Part shown: in pieces, positions 1 through 8,794 of the stretch
Layout: each line of letters opens with the position of its first letter
How positions within the stretch are numbered: position 1 is the stretch's first letter
Origin: Lentisphaeria bacterium
GTDB lineage: Bacteria; Verrucomicrobiota; Lentisphaeria; JABSQK01; JAWLHB01
NCBI GenBank assembly: GCA_041690595.1
Contig: JAWLHB010000012.1
Span: 162,785-196,816 of the forward strand
DNA: 34,032 nucleotides
Direction of reading: 5' to 3'
Program-made: the position numbers and the translations under genes
Notes under the pieces: model-generated
What the model was told of the DNA's origin: nothing
Database searches by the model: none
The model's input: only the letters and a program-made list of their open reading frames with translations

Positions 1-143
1 AAGAAGCGATTCCAAGTACGAACTCGAGCGTGTGGGAAACTTGATCTTCTTTCCATCCACGTCGACCACCGCAAACTGATAGCTCCTGCAACCAAAAGCT
101 GAAACATAGCCACCAGTACCAGAGATGTTACCATTAAACGCAT
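1..143 (-). pseudogene. Probable frameshifted lipoprotein (immunity-like), truncated by the window start
   Basis: ATG at 143 with AGGTGG RBS overlapping the stop of 152..547. Reads MRLMVTSLVLVAMF; one extra T in the T3 run (forward 102-104) gives ...MFSAFGC (lipobox) RSYQFAVVDVDGKKIKFPT. The unshifted frame is also open to the window edge. Confidence 0.5.
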
Positions 144-151
144 TTTACCAC

Positions 152-547
152 CTACGGGGTTCGCTTTATCCATGGCTTTCTTTTCCCACCTACATATACA
201 CATTTAATATCCCATTCATCCACCAATAATTTTGTTTGGTATTCGGCCTTATCCCATGCAAGTGCGTCGTCGTCAGGATGAAAACTCTTGTACAGGAATG
301 ATTGTGGATGTCCAGTTCCTGGCAAATAAAATTTCGGACGAGTATACGGCCCCCCGGGAGGCGAAACCGACTTCCCAGGAGGAAGAAGAGCAGCTGGAAT
401 CGCAATGAACCACCCAAATACATTGCCTCTTAGATCTTTGCCAAAGTGGGTGAAATTATCTTGCATGCGATGCATTGCGCGTTCGCATTTCTCCTTCTCG
501 CAACATTTGGTCGCCTTATCGTTTCCACCAGAATCACAGAACTTCAC
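152..547 (-). CDS. Cys-rich orphan, probable RHS/polymorphic toxin C-terminal fragment
   Basis: AT-rich and Cys-rich (KCCEKEKC) with a basic C-terminus. No convincing start or RBS: the frame stays open upstream to a TGA near 585. Directly followed by a lipoprotein-like gene. Confidence 0.45.
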   Translation of the reverse strand: MKFCDSGGNDKATKCCEKEKCERAMHRMQDNFTHFGKDLRGNVFGWFIAIPAALLPPGKSVSPPGGPYTRPKFYLPGTGHPQSFLYKSFHPDDDALAWDKAEYQTKLLVDEWDIKCVYVGGKRKPWIKRTP

Positions 548-601
548 ATAAGCTCGCCTCTTCGCTTTTTGCCGAGCAATTTGTCATTGCGGACGCAAAG
601 G

Positions 602-868
602 TTAAAGAATTAGAAACAAGCAGAAGACGATGGTGACAACAGCAATTATTACCAGGAATAAGGTGCTCGTCTTTCCTCCAATAATCGATCTTTGGAGAAT
701 CTTACCAGATCGCTTATCAAACATTATGCTACATGTATTGCATATGTGGGGGACCTGGATACCGAAAAGCTCCTTTATGTTACTGATCCATTCGTCTGGA
801 TGCATGCATGGTATTGCCCTTCTGCAATCGTCTTTTCCACAGTAAGGACATTTGATTGAGGTACTCAT
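602..868 (-). CDS. Small Zn-ribbon (CPYC...CNTC) protein with C-terminal TM helix
   Basis: Two CxxC pairs and hydrophobic tail LFLVIIAVVTIVFCLFLIL. ATG at 868 with AGGAG upstream (the track uses TTG 892). Confidence 0.6.
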   Translation of the reverse strand: MSTSIKCPYCGKDDCRRAIPCMHPDEWISNIKELFGIQVPHICNTCSIMFDKRSGKILQRSIIGGKTSTLFLVIIAVVTIVFCLFLIL

Positions 869-998
869 TATAAGGGTATCTCCTGTCGACAAACAAACAA
901 GCTATTCTTCTACTTTGTGGAAGTGTTTCCGAATAGAATCGCGAAGACAAGAAATGAGTAAGGGCGTATCAGGGTGAATAAGTTGAAGCATTGAGCAG

Positions 999-1478
999 TC
1001 ACGACTTAAATGTTTCATCACGGAAGGATGATGGTGTATCATTGTGTTCAAGAGTACGTAGAGAGAATCTATCCTCATGGGTGGTTTCAATCTCTTTTCC
1101 ACAGAACGGAGCAAAGTGTACGCAGGAATCCCAACCAAAGGCCTGAAGAAGATATAACCAAAGGCAGAGCATATCCCCTTGATTGTCCTCAAAAAGGATG
1201 CCTGGATGGTCAATAAGGTGATGACCTGCTGGTATTCCCCGATTGAGCGTCATTGCAATGCTCATCTCCGTCTCCGTGTACAGAGGCCAGTCTGTTATCC
1301 AGAGGAGCGCATGACGATAGGGTCCAACCCAGTTCATCACTTCCTCCATAAGCCGGAAAAGCCGACGTCCCGGTACTCTCGTCAAGAACGTCAGCTCAAG
1401 TGCCCCACGCATCCGCGGCGAATCCAGGCTGTGCAACTCGAGCCACTGTACGCACTCGTCTTTGGTAAGGCTCTGCAT
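999..1478 (-). CDS. Hypothetical protein, immunity-protein-like
   Basis: ATG at 1478 after GAGGA. Motifs LLWITDW, HPGILF, FGWD and HED resemble hypotheticals I associate with toxin loci (recognition by eye). Confidence 0.65.
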   Translation of the reverse strand: MQSLTKDECVQWLELHSLDSPRMRGALELTFLTRVPGRRLFRLMEEVMNWVGPYRHALLWITDWPLYTETEMSIAMTLNRGIPAGHHLIDHPGILFEDNQGDMLCLWLYLLQAFGWDSCVHFAPFCGKEIETTHEDRFSLRTLEHNDTPSSFRDETFKS

Positions 1479-1786
1479 GACGTCCTCATTCAATGATCAA
1501 CACAATGGAAGAAATTGCTTGGCTGTCTGATCATGCCATACGATAGCTCGCCATCGACTCGCGTACGAGTGGAAGATGATCCTGTGCTGGAAATGCGAGA
1601 ATTTCCTCAAGCTCCGAGGGGTGAGAGAAGAGCAGGCACTCGCGCCGCGCCTTGCGGCCCTCACTTGCTGGCCTTCTTGCGATCATCTGCCGGCAACGCT
1701 CGTTTACCATGCGGAACGCGATATAGTAGCCCATCCAACCTCGCTTACCCTTCTTCTCGTTCAACCGTCAGCCATGGAGCATAGTC

Positions 1787-2770
1787 ATGAGTGCCCCCGA
1801 ACGTGACCTTATCGATTCCCTCGCCAATGGCTACCGCGATGCTCAGATCGTCCTTGCCGCCGTCCGCCTCGACCTCTTCACCGCCATTGGTCGCGACGCG
1901 ATCCGTGCCGACGCGCTTGCCGCCAAGCTTGGCACCGACCCGCGCGCCACCCGCATTCTCTGCGACGCGTTGGCCGCGCTGCTGGTGCTGCGCAAGCGCG
2001 ACGACACCTATCGCAACGGCCCTGAAGCGCTCGACTCCCTGGTCGCCGGCGCACCCAACGACCGCCGCGCCATCCTCCGCCACAACGCCCGTCTCTATCA
2101 TACCTGGGGCGCCCTCTATCATGTGGTGCGCGAAGGTGGGCCCGTCGATGTCGAGATCGATGACGATCTGGGCGGCAGTCCCCGCGATTTTGCCAACGCC
2201 ATGGCCGACGTCGGCCGCCGCACCGCCAAGGAAGCGTTGCGCGCGCTCGATCTCAAGAATGTGCGGACCATGCTCGATGGCGGCGGTGGACCCGGCGTCT
2301 ACGCCATCGAGTTTGCCCGCCAGTATCCGAACCTGACCGTGACCCTGATGGATACCGCCGAAACGCTCGAGGTGGCGGCTGAGAATGTCGCCCAGGCGGG
2401 CCTGACGGAGCGCATTCGCTTCCAGGCCGGCAACCTGCTCGAGGACGATCTCGGCGGCCCCTACGACTTCATCCTCCTCTCGAATCTCGTCCATTGCCTC
2501 GACAACGACACCAACCGCGCCCTTGTCGCCCGTTGCGCCGCCGCCTTGAGCGACACCGGCCGCATCTGCATCAAGGACTTCGTCCTCAACGAGGATCATA
2601 TCACCCCGCCCGGCGCGGCCATCTTTGCCGTCAACATGCTGGTCAACACCCAGGCGGGCGACTGCTACAGTGTCGATCAGATCAACGGCTGGTTCAAGGC
2701 CGCGGGCCTCAAGCCGCAGACGGCCCGGCAGGTTGGCGCCATGAGCCGCATGCTCATTGCCAGCAAATGA
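1787..2770 (+). CDS. SAM-dependent O-methyltransferase (Methyltransf_2 plus dimerisation domain)
   Basis: N-terminal AAVRLDLF wHTH dimerisation domain, LDGGGGPG SAM motif, AGNL, YDFILLSNLVH; GGAG RBS. Confidence 0.92.
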   Translation: MSAPERDLIDSLANGYRDAQIVLAAVRLDLFTAIGRDAIRADALAAKLGTDPRATRILCDALAALLVLRKRDDTYRNGPEALDSLVAGAPNDRRAILRHNARLYHTWGALYHVVREGGPVDVEIDDDLGGSPRDFANAMADVGRRTAKEALRALDLKNVRTMLDGGGGPGVYAIEFARQYPNLTVTLMDTAETLEVAAENVAQAGLTERIRFQAGNLLEDDLGGPYDFILLSNLVHCLDNDTNRALVARCAAALSDTGRICIKDFVLNEDHITPPGAAIFAVNMLVNTQAGDCYSVDQINGWFKAAGLKPQTARQVGAMSRMLIASK

Positions 2771-2797
2771 TCGCCGAAGAAGGGGGGATCCGCCGCC

Positions 2798-3487
2798 ATG
2801 CGCATACCTGAAGGGTTGAAGCCACTGATTCGCCGCCTGCTGCGGGCTCGCCTGCCGGACTGGCGGATCGTCTACCTCTGCTATCGCTGGATCTATCGCG
2901 CCTGGTTTGTCCTGGCTGGGCTCTTCATGGTGCTCAAGAAGATGTTCTGGGTCGACCCGATTGTACGGGTGATCTCCGTCGAGGTGGGCGACCAACTCCA
3001 GATCGAGCGTGTTCCCTACATCAACGGTCACGGGCGCATCTGGATCGGCAGCCAGGTCTACATCTCTGGCTTGATCACCATCGCCTTCAATCACAAGCTC
3101 GGCCTCGATCCCGAGCTGCGAATCGGTGATCACAGCTTCGTCGGTCACGGCTGTGCCTTTACTCTCGCGCGCTCCATTCAGATCGGCAACCATTGCCGGA
3201 TTGCCGGGGGAAGCCGCTTCTACGACAACAACGGCCACCCCTTCTCCCTTGCCGCCCGGCGCCGCGATGAACCGGTCGCTCTGGATGATGCGCAAGCCAT
3301 TGTTATCGAGGACGATGCCTGGATCGGCGCCAACTGCATTATATTCAAGGGTGTGCGGATTGGTCGCGGTGCCATCGTGGGCGCAGGCTCCATGGTGACC
3401 GGCGACGTTCCGCCCGGAACCATCGTCGCCGGCAACCCCGCTCGCGTTATCCGCGCGCTGACCGAGAAGGAACTCGCCGACGCCTGA
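2798..3487 (+). CDS. Hexapeptide-repeat acyltransferase (maltose/galactoside O-acetyltransferase-like)
   Basis: IVIEDDAWIGANCIIFKGVRIGRGAIVGAGSMVTGDVPPGTIVAGNPARVIR left-handed beta-helix signature. Confidence 0.92.
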   Translation: MRIPEGLKPLIRRLLRARLPDWRIVYLCYRWIYRAWFVLAGLFMVLKKMFWVDPIVRVISVEVGDQLQIERVPYINGHGRIWIGSQVYISGLITIAFNHKLGLDPELRIGDHSFVGHGCAFTLARSIQIGNHCRIAGGSRFYDNNGHPFSLAARRRDEPVALDDAQAIVIEDDAWIGANCIIFKGVRIGRGAIVGAGSMVTGDVPPGTIVAGNPARVIRALTEKELADA

Positions 3488-3532
3488 ACGGGCTCAGCCC
3501 CTCGCACCACCGGAAGAAAGGACGAAAGGCGC

Positions 3533-3910
3533 ATGGATCGACTCATCGATAGCAGCATGGGAATTGGCGCAGCCGTACTCCTCGCGGCCCTTTTCCTCAT
3601 CGTCAATGCGCTGATGCTGATGTTCGGGGCACGGCTGGCCGGGATCCGCAATCGCACCTTCGCCAAGGCCGTGATCGCCGCGCTGCTGATCCTCGTTGTG
3701 GGCAGCGCGCTGATCATGGCCTTCCGCATGCTGATCGGCCCGAGTATCAGCGTGATCGTGGCGCTGGCGGTGGGCGCACTGATGGTCAAGATCGCCTACA
3801 AATCCTCCTTTGCGCAGGCACTCGTCGCGTACCTCCTCTCGATCGTCATTTCGACCATGGTTGTCGTTGGTGCGGCGATGGCCATCAAGCTGCTGACGGG
3901 CGCAGCCTGA
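3533..3910 (+). CDS. Small integral membrane protein (about 4 TM helices)
   Basis: Four hydrophobic stretches; AAAGG RBS; GC-rich codon usage like its neighbours. Confidence 0.8.
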   Translation: MDRLIDSSMGIGAAVLLAALFLIVNALMLMFGARLAGIRNRTFAKAVIAALLILVVGSALIMAFRMLIGPSISVIVALAVGALMVKIAYKSSFAQALVAYLLSIVISTMVVVGAAMAIKLLTGAA

Positions 3911-3928
3911 AATTCTCAGAAGTTGCGC

Positions 3929-3957
3929 TTGCAGCGGTTCTGTCGCCTGTGTATGCT
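3929..3957 (+). promoter_or_regulatory. Sigma70-type promoter of the GH-like gene
   Basis: TTGCAG (3929-3934), 17 bp, TATGCT (3952-3957). Confidence 0.65.
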
Positions 3958-3969
3958 AGGTGAGGTTGC

Positions 3970-3989
3970 TGTTCCACACACCCGAACAC
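3970..3989. promoter_or_regulatory. Putative GntR operator, copy 1 (TGTTC-N9-GAACA)
   Basis: TGTTCCACACACCCGAACAC, 19/20 identical to 6032-6051 and located just downstream of the -10. Confidence 0.75.
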
Positions 3990-4012
3990 ATACGCCGTCC
4001 AGGAGCTTGATC

Positions 4013-5980
4013 ATGCGCATCGATACCATCCCGGTTCGCCAGGAACTCCCTCCCATCCGCTTGAGCGATCGCCCGGAATTGACCGTCGACGTGGATGCGC
4101 ATACCGGCGACATCGTCTACCTCAAGGATCGGATCCTCGACCTCCCCATCATCGAGCAGGCGCCCCTGTGGGAGTTGCAGATCAACCGCCATCCCCACAG
4201 CGTGGAGAACTCCTTTCACGAAGATCGCCGGGGAATCCTGCAGACCATTGGCCGCGCGACCCACTATGCGGCCTATTCTCAGGGCTTCGGCATTCAACTT
4301 GCGAGGCTGGCGGTACCCAGCGAGCATGGCCTGCACCTCCAGTATCGCTTCAAGCGGGTGCCGATGGAGCACCTCTATGTGAAGCCCGGCCCGACGGTGC
4401 ATGACGTCGAGATGCCGATGTGGGTCGATACCCTCGGGCTCCTTGGCTGGCGCTTCGCCATCATGAAGCCTGACACCACCATGCGGGTCTGTCACCTCTC
4501 CGGTGGCGGCCCCTTCGAGCATCTGAGCGCGGAGGAAGGGCCCATGGAACAGGTCACCCCCAAACTCTGGCACCACCTGCGCCGCACCTATCCGGGAGTG
4601 CAGACGATTCCGGGCGCGCTCTTCTATCGGCGCGATCCGGACCAGTGGCTCTTCATCCTCGCCCGCCGTTCCCGCCTCGCCTATACCGTGGATTTCAACG
4701 AATACGGCATGCAGTTCCACGTGCAGTACCACAAGCTGGTCGCGCCCCTCGAGGAGTTGCCCGTGCCGGAGATCTCCCTGCTCTGGGGACGCGATCTCGA
4801 GGCCATGGAACAGCTCTGGGCCGATCAGTTCGATCAGTACGAGGAGCCGCCGGAGTGGAACTACCACACGACCTGGAGCAGCACCGGCTCGGCCGGCCCC
4901 AATCCCCGCAAGTTCAGCGATGTCGCCCAGGCCGCTGAAGCTTCCATCGCCGCCGGCGGCGCCAACGGCTTCTGGCTCTACACCCACGACATCAAGCGCT
5001 TCGACACCGATACGAGCCCCTCCAGCATGGGGCCGAACCCCAACTCCGGCACCTTCCGCGACTTCAAGGAGATGGTGCGGCGCATCCACGACGCTGGCGG
5101 CAAAGTGCAGGTGTGGGTAAGCTCCTGTGGCCTCAAGCCATGGGGGGACATGCATCCCGACTGGGCCATCCGCGGCGTGGACGGTGTCCACTGGGTGAGC
5201 TGGGGATGGGATGCCCATGAGTTCATCGTCGGCTGCAATCCGCTCGATCCCGGATATCGGCAGTATATGCTCGACTGGACCCGGCGCTATGTCGAAGAGT
5301 TCGACGTCGATGGCTTCTTCCTCGACTGCGGCGTCTTCACGCTGCCCTGCGACTTCAGCCCCGCCCATACCGCCCGCTACCTTCCTTCCGAGGCGGGGCC
5401 TGCCATGCGCTATCTTTTCCAGGAGATGTGGGACGTTGTCCAGGCGGCGCGGCCGAACGACTTCCACATGTGGTACGAAGGGGTTCACAGCGACTATCCG
5501 GGGAGCGGCTTCTGCCATGGCACCATGGTCTTTCCACCTCCCCCGCCCGAACAGATCACCGGCCAGCGGATGATGTTCAACTTCGTCGAGCGCGGCAAAC
5601 GCCTGGTCTGGGACAGCCTCCAGCCCTACGATCTGGCCAGCGGCTCCGCCCACTGGAATCCCTCCATGGCGGGGATCTCCTCCGTCGAGGAAGCCAGGCG
5701 TCACGCCGCCGATCCCATGAACCAGTTCATCGTCAAGCTCGTACGCGAGCGGGGCATTCGCGACGCCCGCGGCATTACCGACGGCCTCGCCCGACTGGAC
5801 GACTATCTGGTCACCATCCCCGGCTATCACGGCGCCGCAACCCTGCTCGCCCCCGATCTCCAGGCATGTAAGGGCGCCCGTCATGTCCTCACCGACAAGG
5901 TGACGCCTGTCGGCCAGGATTCCCAGGGACGCCCCACTCTGACCCTGGAGGGCGGTGCCGCCTACATCATCGAACGATGA
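4013..5980 (+). CDS. Cytoplasmic glycoside hydrolase-like TIM-barrel protein (GH13/GH36/DUF6259-like)
   Basis: ATG at 4013 with AGGAG RBS. Motifs GTFRDFKEMVRRIHDAGGKVQVW, FDVDGFFLD (Asp nucleophile-type) and WYEG; no signal peptide. Confidence 0.75.
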   Translation: MRIDTIPVRQELPPIRLSDRPELTVDVDAHTGDIVYLKDRILDLPIIEQAPLWELQINRHPHSVENSFHEDRRGILQTIGRATHYAAYSQGFGIQLARLAVPSEHGLHLQYRFKRVPMEHLYVKPGPTVHDVEMPMWVDTLGLLGWRFAIMKPDTTMRVCHLSGGGPFEHLSAEEGPMEQVTPKLWHHLRRTYPGVQTIPGALFYRRDPDQWLFILARRSRLAYTVDFNEYGMQFHVQYHKLVAPLEELPVPEISLLWGRDLEAMEQLWADQFDQYEEPPEWNYHTTWSSTGSAGPNPRKFSDVAQAAEASIAAGGANGFWLYTHDIKRFDTDTSPSSMGPNPNSGTFRDFKEMVRRIHDAGGKVQVWVSSCGLKPWGDMHPDWAIRGVDGVHWVSWGWDAHEFIVGCNPLDPGYRQYMLDWTRRYVEEFDVDGFFLDCGVFTLPCDFSPAHTARYLPSEAGPAMRYLFQEMWDVVQAARPNDFHMWYEGVHSDYPGSGFCHGTMVFPPPPPEQITGQRMMFNFVERGKRLVWDSLQPYDLASGSAHWNPSMAGISSVEEARRHAADPMNQFIVKLVRERGIRDARGITDGLARLDDYLVTIPGYHGAATLLAPDLQACKGARHVLTDKVTPVGQDSQGRPTLTLEGGAAYIIER

Positions 5981-5997
5981 AGATTCTCCGGCTGGAC

Positions 5998-6026
5998 TTG
6001 AAAGAGCATCCCCGCTTGTCTACACT
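5998..6026 (+). promoter_or_regulatory. Sigma70-type promoter of the gntR operon
   Basis: TTGAAA (5998-6003), 17 bp, TACACT (6021-6026). Confidence 0.7.
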
Positions 6027-6031
6027 ATAGA

Positions 6032-6051
6032 TGTTCCAAACACCCGAACAC
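6032..6051. promoter_or_regulatory. Putative GntR operator, copy 2
   Basis: TGTTCCAAACACCCGAACAC overlapping the expected +1, 10 bp before the gntR ATG. Confidence 0.75.
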
Positions 6052-6061
6052 TGGGTACGCG

Positions 6062-7081
6062 ATGACCATTGCACTCTCCAACGCCGGTAAGTATGAACAG
6101 GTTCTCGACCGCCTGCGCGGTCGCCTGCGGCAGGGGGAGTTCGCGGCTGGCGATCAGCTCCCCTCCCAGCGGGCGCTGGCCCGGGAGTACGGCGTCAACC
6201 TCTCGACCGTCAACAAGGCGGTCTCCATCCTCGCCAGCGAGGGACGCCTCGAACAGGTCCACGGCAGGGGCATGTTTGTGACCCAGGGGCAGCGGGAGAC
6301 CGGGCTGCAGGCCATCGGCATGATCCACGAGATTCACCCCGACCTCGTGGTTGATCACGTCTATTATACCCGCCTCTTCGCGACGCTGAATCACCTGGTC
6401 AACCAGGATCATCACAGCTTCCAACCCTTCCTGCGCGATACGCCCACGGACTACGCCCCCCTGCGCCAGTCGCGCAATCCAGCCTTGCGTCGCGTCCTTG
6501 ACGAGGGCGGCCTTTCGGGGCTGATCGTCTTTGTCGACAATCCGCTCCTGCTGCACGACGAGTTGGAATCCCTGGGGCTTCCGTATGTCTGCCTCGCGGG
6601 AAATGCCGCTCACAGCCACATGCCCAACTGCCTGACGATCGACGCCATCGAGGTGGGGCGACAGGCGGCCAGGTACCTGATCGGGACTGGATGCCGCCGC
6701 CTCGGCGTGGTGCAGCGCCCCAACTCCATGCTGATGAAGGGGCTCAGCGAAGTCTGCAAACATGAACCGAAGGTCGTTCTCCAGATCTTCGCCACCCTGG
6801 AAGAAGCCTTGGCCGAGGCCGACGGCATCTTCCTGAAGGATGACTATTTTGCCCTGCGCCACTTCGACCAGCTGCTCGCGGCGCTGCCCCCGGAGCGGCT
6901 GATCGTCTTCGCCAATACGGACATGGCCTTTCCGCAACCACTGCCGCGCATCGACATCGATCCTCGCCGCGTCGCCCGTTGCGTCTGGAAGAGTCTGCAG
7001 GCGCGACTGCGGCAGGAGCCTCTGCCCACCACCCCCGTCCTGATACCCCCAGTCCCGTCAACACCACAGTCAAGGGAGTGA
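6062..7081 (+). CDS. GntR-family regulator (wHTH plus LacI-type sugar-binding domain, AraR-like)
   Basis: [47 protein letters not shown]-like C-terminal half ([17 protein letters not shown]). Confidence 0.92.
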   Translation: MTIALSNAGKYEQVLDRLRGRLRQGEFAAGDQLPSQRALAREYGVNLSTVNKAVSILASEGRLEQVHGRGMFVTQGQRETGLQAIGMIHEIHPDLVVDHVYYTRLFATLNHLVNQDHHSFQPFLRDTPTDYAPLRQSRNPALRRVLDEGGLSGLIVFVDNPLLLHDELESLGLPYVCLAGNAAHSHMPNCLTIDAIEVGRQAARYLIGTGCRRLGVVQRPNSMLMKGLSEVCKHEPKVVLQIFATLEEALAEADGIFLKDDYFALRHFDQLLAALPPERLIVFANTDMAFPQPLPRIDIDPRRVARCVWKSLQARLRQEPLPTTPVLIPPVPSTPQSRE

Positions 7082-7085
7082 TTTC

Positions 7086-7718
7086 ATGCGAAAGCATCCA
7101 GCCCGACGTCTCTTCACCCTCATCGAGCTTCTGGTCGTGGTGGCGATAATCGCCATTCTCGCTTCGATGCTCCTCCCGGCGCTGACCAAGGCGCGTGGCC
7201 GGGCGATGCAGACCAAGTGCACCAATCAGCTGAAGCAGCTCAGTCAGGGTAACCATCTGTATGCGGACGACTACGCCGATCGCTTCCTGCCTTCGACGGC
7301 TGGAAGCTGGTGGTGGTGGGGCGACAAAAACGAGCACGGAAGTGAACCCGCCAAGTTTTTTGCGGCCCAGTATATGGGGCAGGTGCAGGGGCTCGGTGGC
7401 ATTCTCCTGTGCCCATCCGCGACCAATGAGCCCATGGTCGCAGCCTGGATGGTCAATATGCAGAGCTATGGCTACAATTTCCACATCTCCGGCGGCAATC
7501 CCCAGCAGCCGCGTGATCGCGTCGACAATCCCACCGTCAAGGTGATGTGGACCGATAATTATTCCTACGGCATGGATCAGTACTCCGACATTCGGGTCCG
7601 CCTGCGCTTCCGCCACAGCAATGCCGCCAATGCCGCCTTCATCGACGGACACGTGGCCGCCGTTCGCGTCGCCGAAGTCTCAACTCCGCTGAATCTCGGT
7701 ACCTATGCAAGACCCTGA
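7086..7718 (+). CDS. Prepilin-type N-terminal cleavage/methylation protein with H-X9-DG domain (DUF1559-like)
   Basis: [24 protein letters not shown]...[17 protein letters not shown] and [15 protein letters not shown]. Confidence 0.95.
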   Translation: MRKHPARRLFTLIELLVVVAIIAILASMLLPALTKARGRAMQTKCTNQLKQLSQGNHLYADDYADRFLPSTAGSWWWWGDKNEHGSEPAKFFAAQYMGQVQGLGGILLCPSATNEPMVAAWMVNMQSYGYNFHISGGNPQQPRDRVDNPTVKVMWTDNYSYGMDQYSDIRVRLRFRHSNAANAAFIDGHVAAVRVAEVSTPLNLGTYARP

Positions 7719-7763
7719 ATCGCAGCCGCTTCAAAACCTGCAGAACGCTGGATCTGGCCGCAC

Positions 7764-8783
7764 ATGAAGGAAAAGCTTGTTCCTTTCCTGAGATGTCCCC
7801 TTTGCCATGGCGTCCTCGATTGCAATGCCACCAGCATCGTGCGGGATTTTCAGTGGCAGGAGGTCATGGAGGGCGAACTGGCTTGCCGGCAATGCGAGGA
7901 ACGATTTCCTGTCAGGAATGGCATCCCCAGGTTTCTGTCCAACGATGTGCAGAAAAGCAAGGCACAGCAGACGGTGGACGGGTTCGGATACGAATGGAGC
8001 AAGTTCAACAAGCAGATTTCCAGCTCCTATATGAGCCAGAGAGACAACTTCATCGACTACATTTATCCGAAGGATGAGGCCTTCTTTCTGGACAAGACCA
8101 TCCTGGATGCGGGTTGTGGCATGGGCAGGTACCTGAAGCTGGGCGCGGAATTCGGCAGCCGTGAGATTATCGGTGTTGATCTGAGCAACTCCGTTGAAGC
8201 AGCCTATCTGAATACGCGTCACCTGCCGAACGCGCATGTCGTTCAAGGTGATATCCTGGCACCTCCCTTCGCACCATGCTTCGACTATATTCTCACCATC
8301 GGGGTGCTGCAGTTTCTTCCACAGCCCCAATCCGGCTTCAGAAAACTGGCCAACCTGTTGAAGCCGGGCGGATGCATCTCGCTTTGGGTTTACGCCAAGG
8401 AGAACAACAGCCTGATCATCCGAATGATATCTCCCATTCGTACACACATCACCAGCCGACTTCCTCATGCGGTTCTGTACTTTTTCAGTCGCATTATCGG
8501 GGCGACCCTCTTCGCCGTGCTCAACCTCGTCTATAAGCCCGCAAACGAATGGAAGGCCCTGAAGCCTCTTGGCCAGCTGCTTCCCAAGAATGATTATCTT
8601 TACTACACCTCCCGCTTGTCGTTCCATGAAATCACCAGCATCGTTTTCGACCATCTTGTCCCACGGTTGACCGTCTATTTGTCCAGATCCGAAATTGCCC
8701 AGTGGTTTGAACAGGAGCAATTCAGCCAAGTCGAAATCTCATCCCGACGCCAATACAGTTGGCGAGCCCACGGAACTCTTTGA
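7764..8783 (+). CDS. Trm112-domain plus class I SAM-dependent methyltransferase
   Basis: LRCPLC...LACRQCEERFPVRNGIPRF (Trm112); LDAGCGMGR; IGVDLS; LKPGG. Codon usage less GC-biased than neighbours. Confidence 0.9.
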   Translation: MKEKLVPFLRCPLCHGVLDCNATSIVRDFQWQEVMEGELACRQCEERFPVRNGIPRFLSNDVQKSKAQQTVDGFGYEWSKFNKQISSSYMSQRDNFIDYIYPKDEAFFLDKTILDAGCGMGRYLKLGAEFGSREIIGVDLSNSVEAAYLNTRHLPNAHVVQGDILAPPFAPCFDYILTIGVLQFLPQPQSGFRKLANLLKPGGCISLWVYAKENNSLIIRMISPIRTHITSRLPHAVLYFFSRIIGATLFAVLNLVYKPANEWKALKPLGQLLPKNDYLYYTSRLSFHEITSIVFDHLVPRLTVYLSRSEIAQWFEQEQFSQVEISSRRQYSWRAHGTL

Positions 8784-8794
8784 GGAGGCCCCTG

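Noticed and set aside
548..1000. Integron attC sites between the AT-rich ORFs
   Set aside because: CTTTAAC follows one stop codon but no complementary GTTRRRY box or stem is seen, and there is no integrase.
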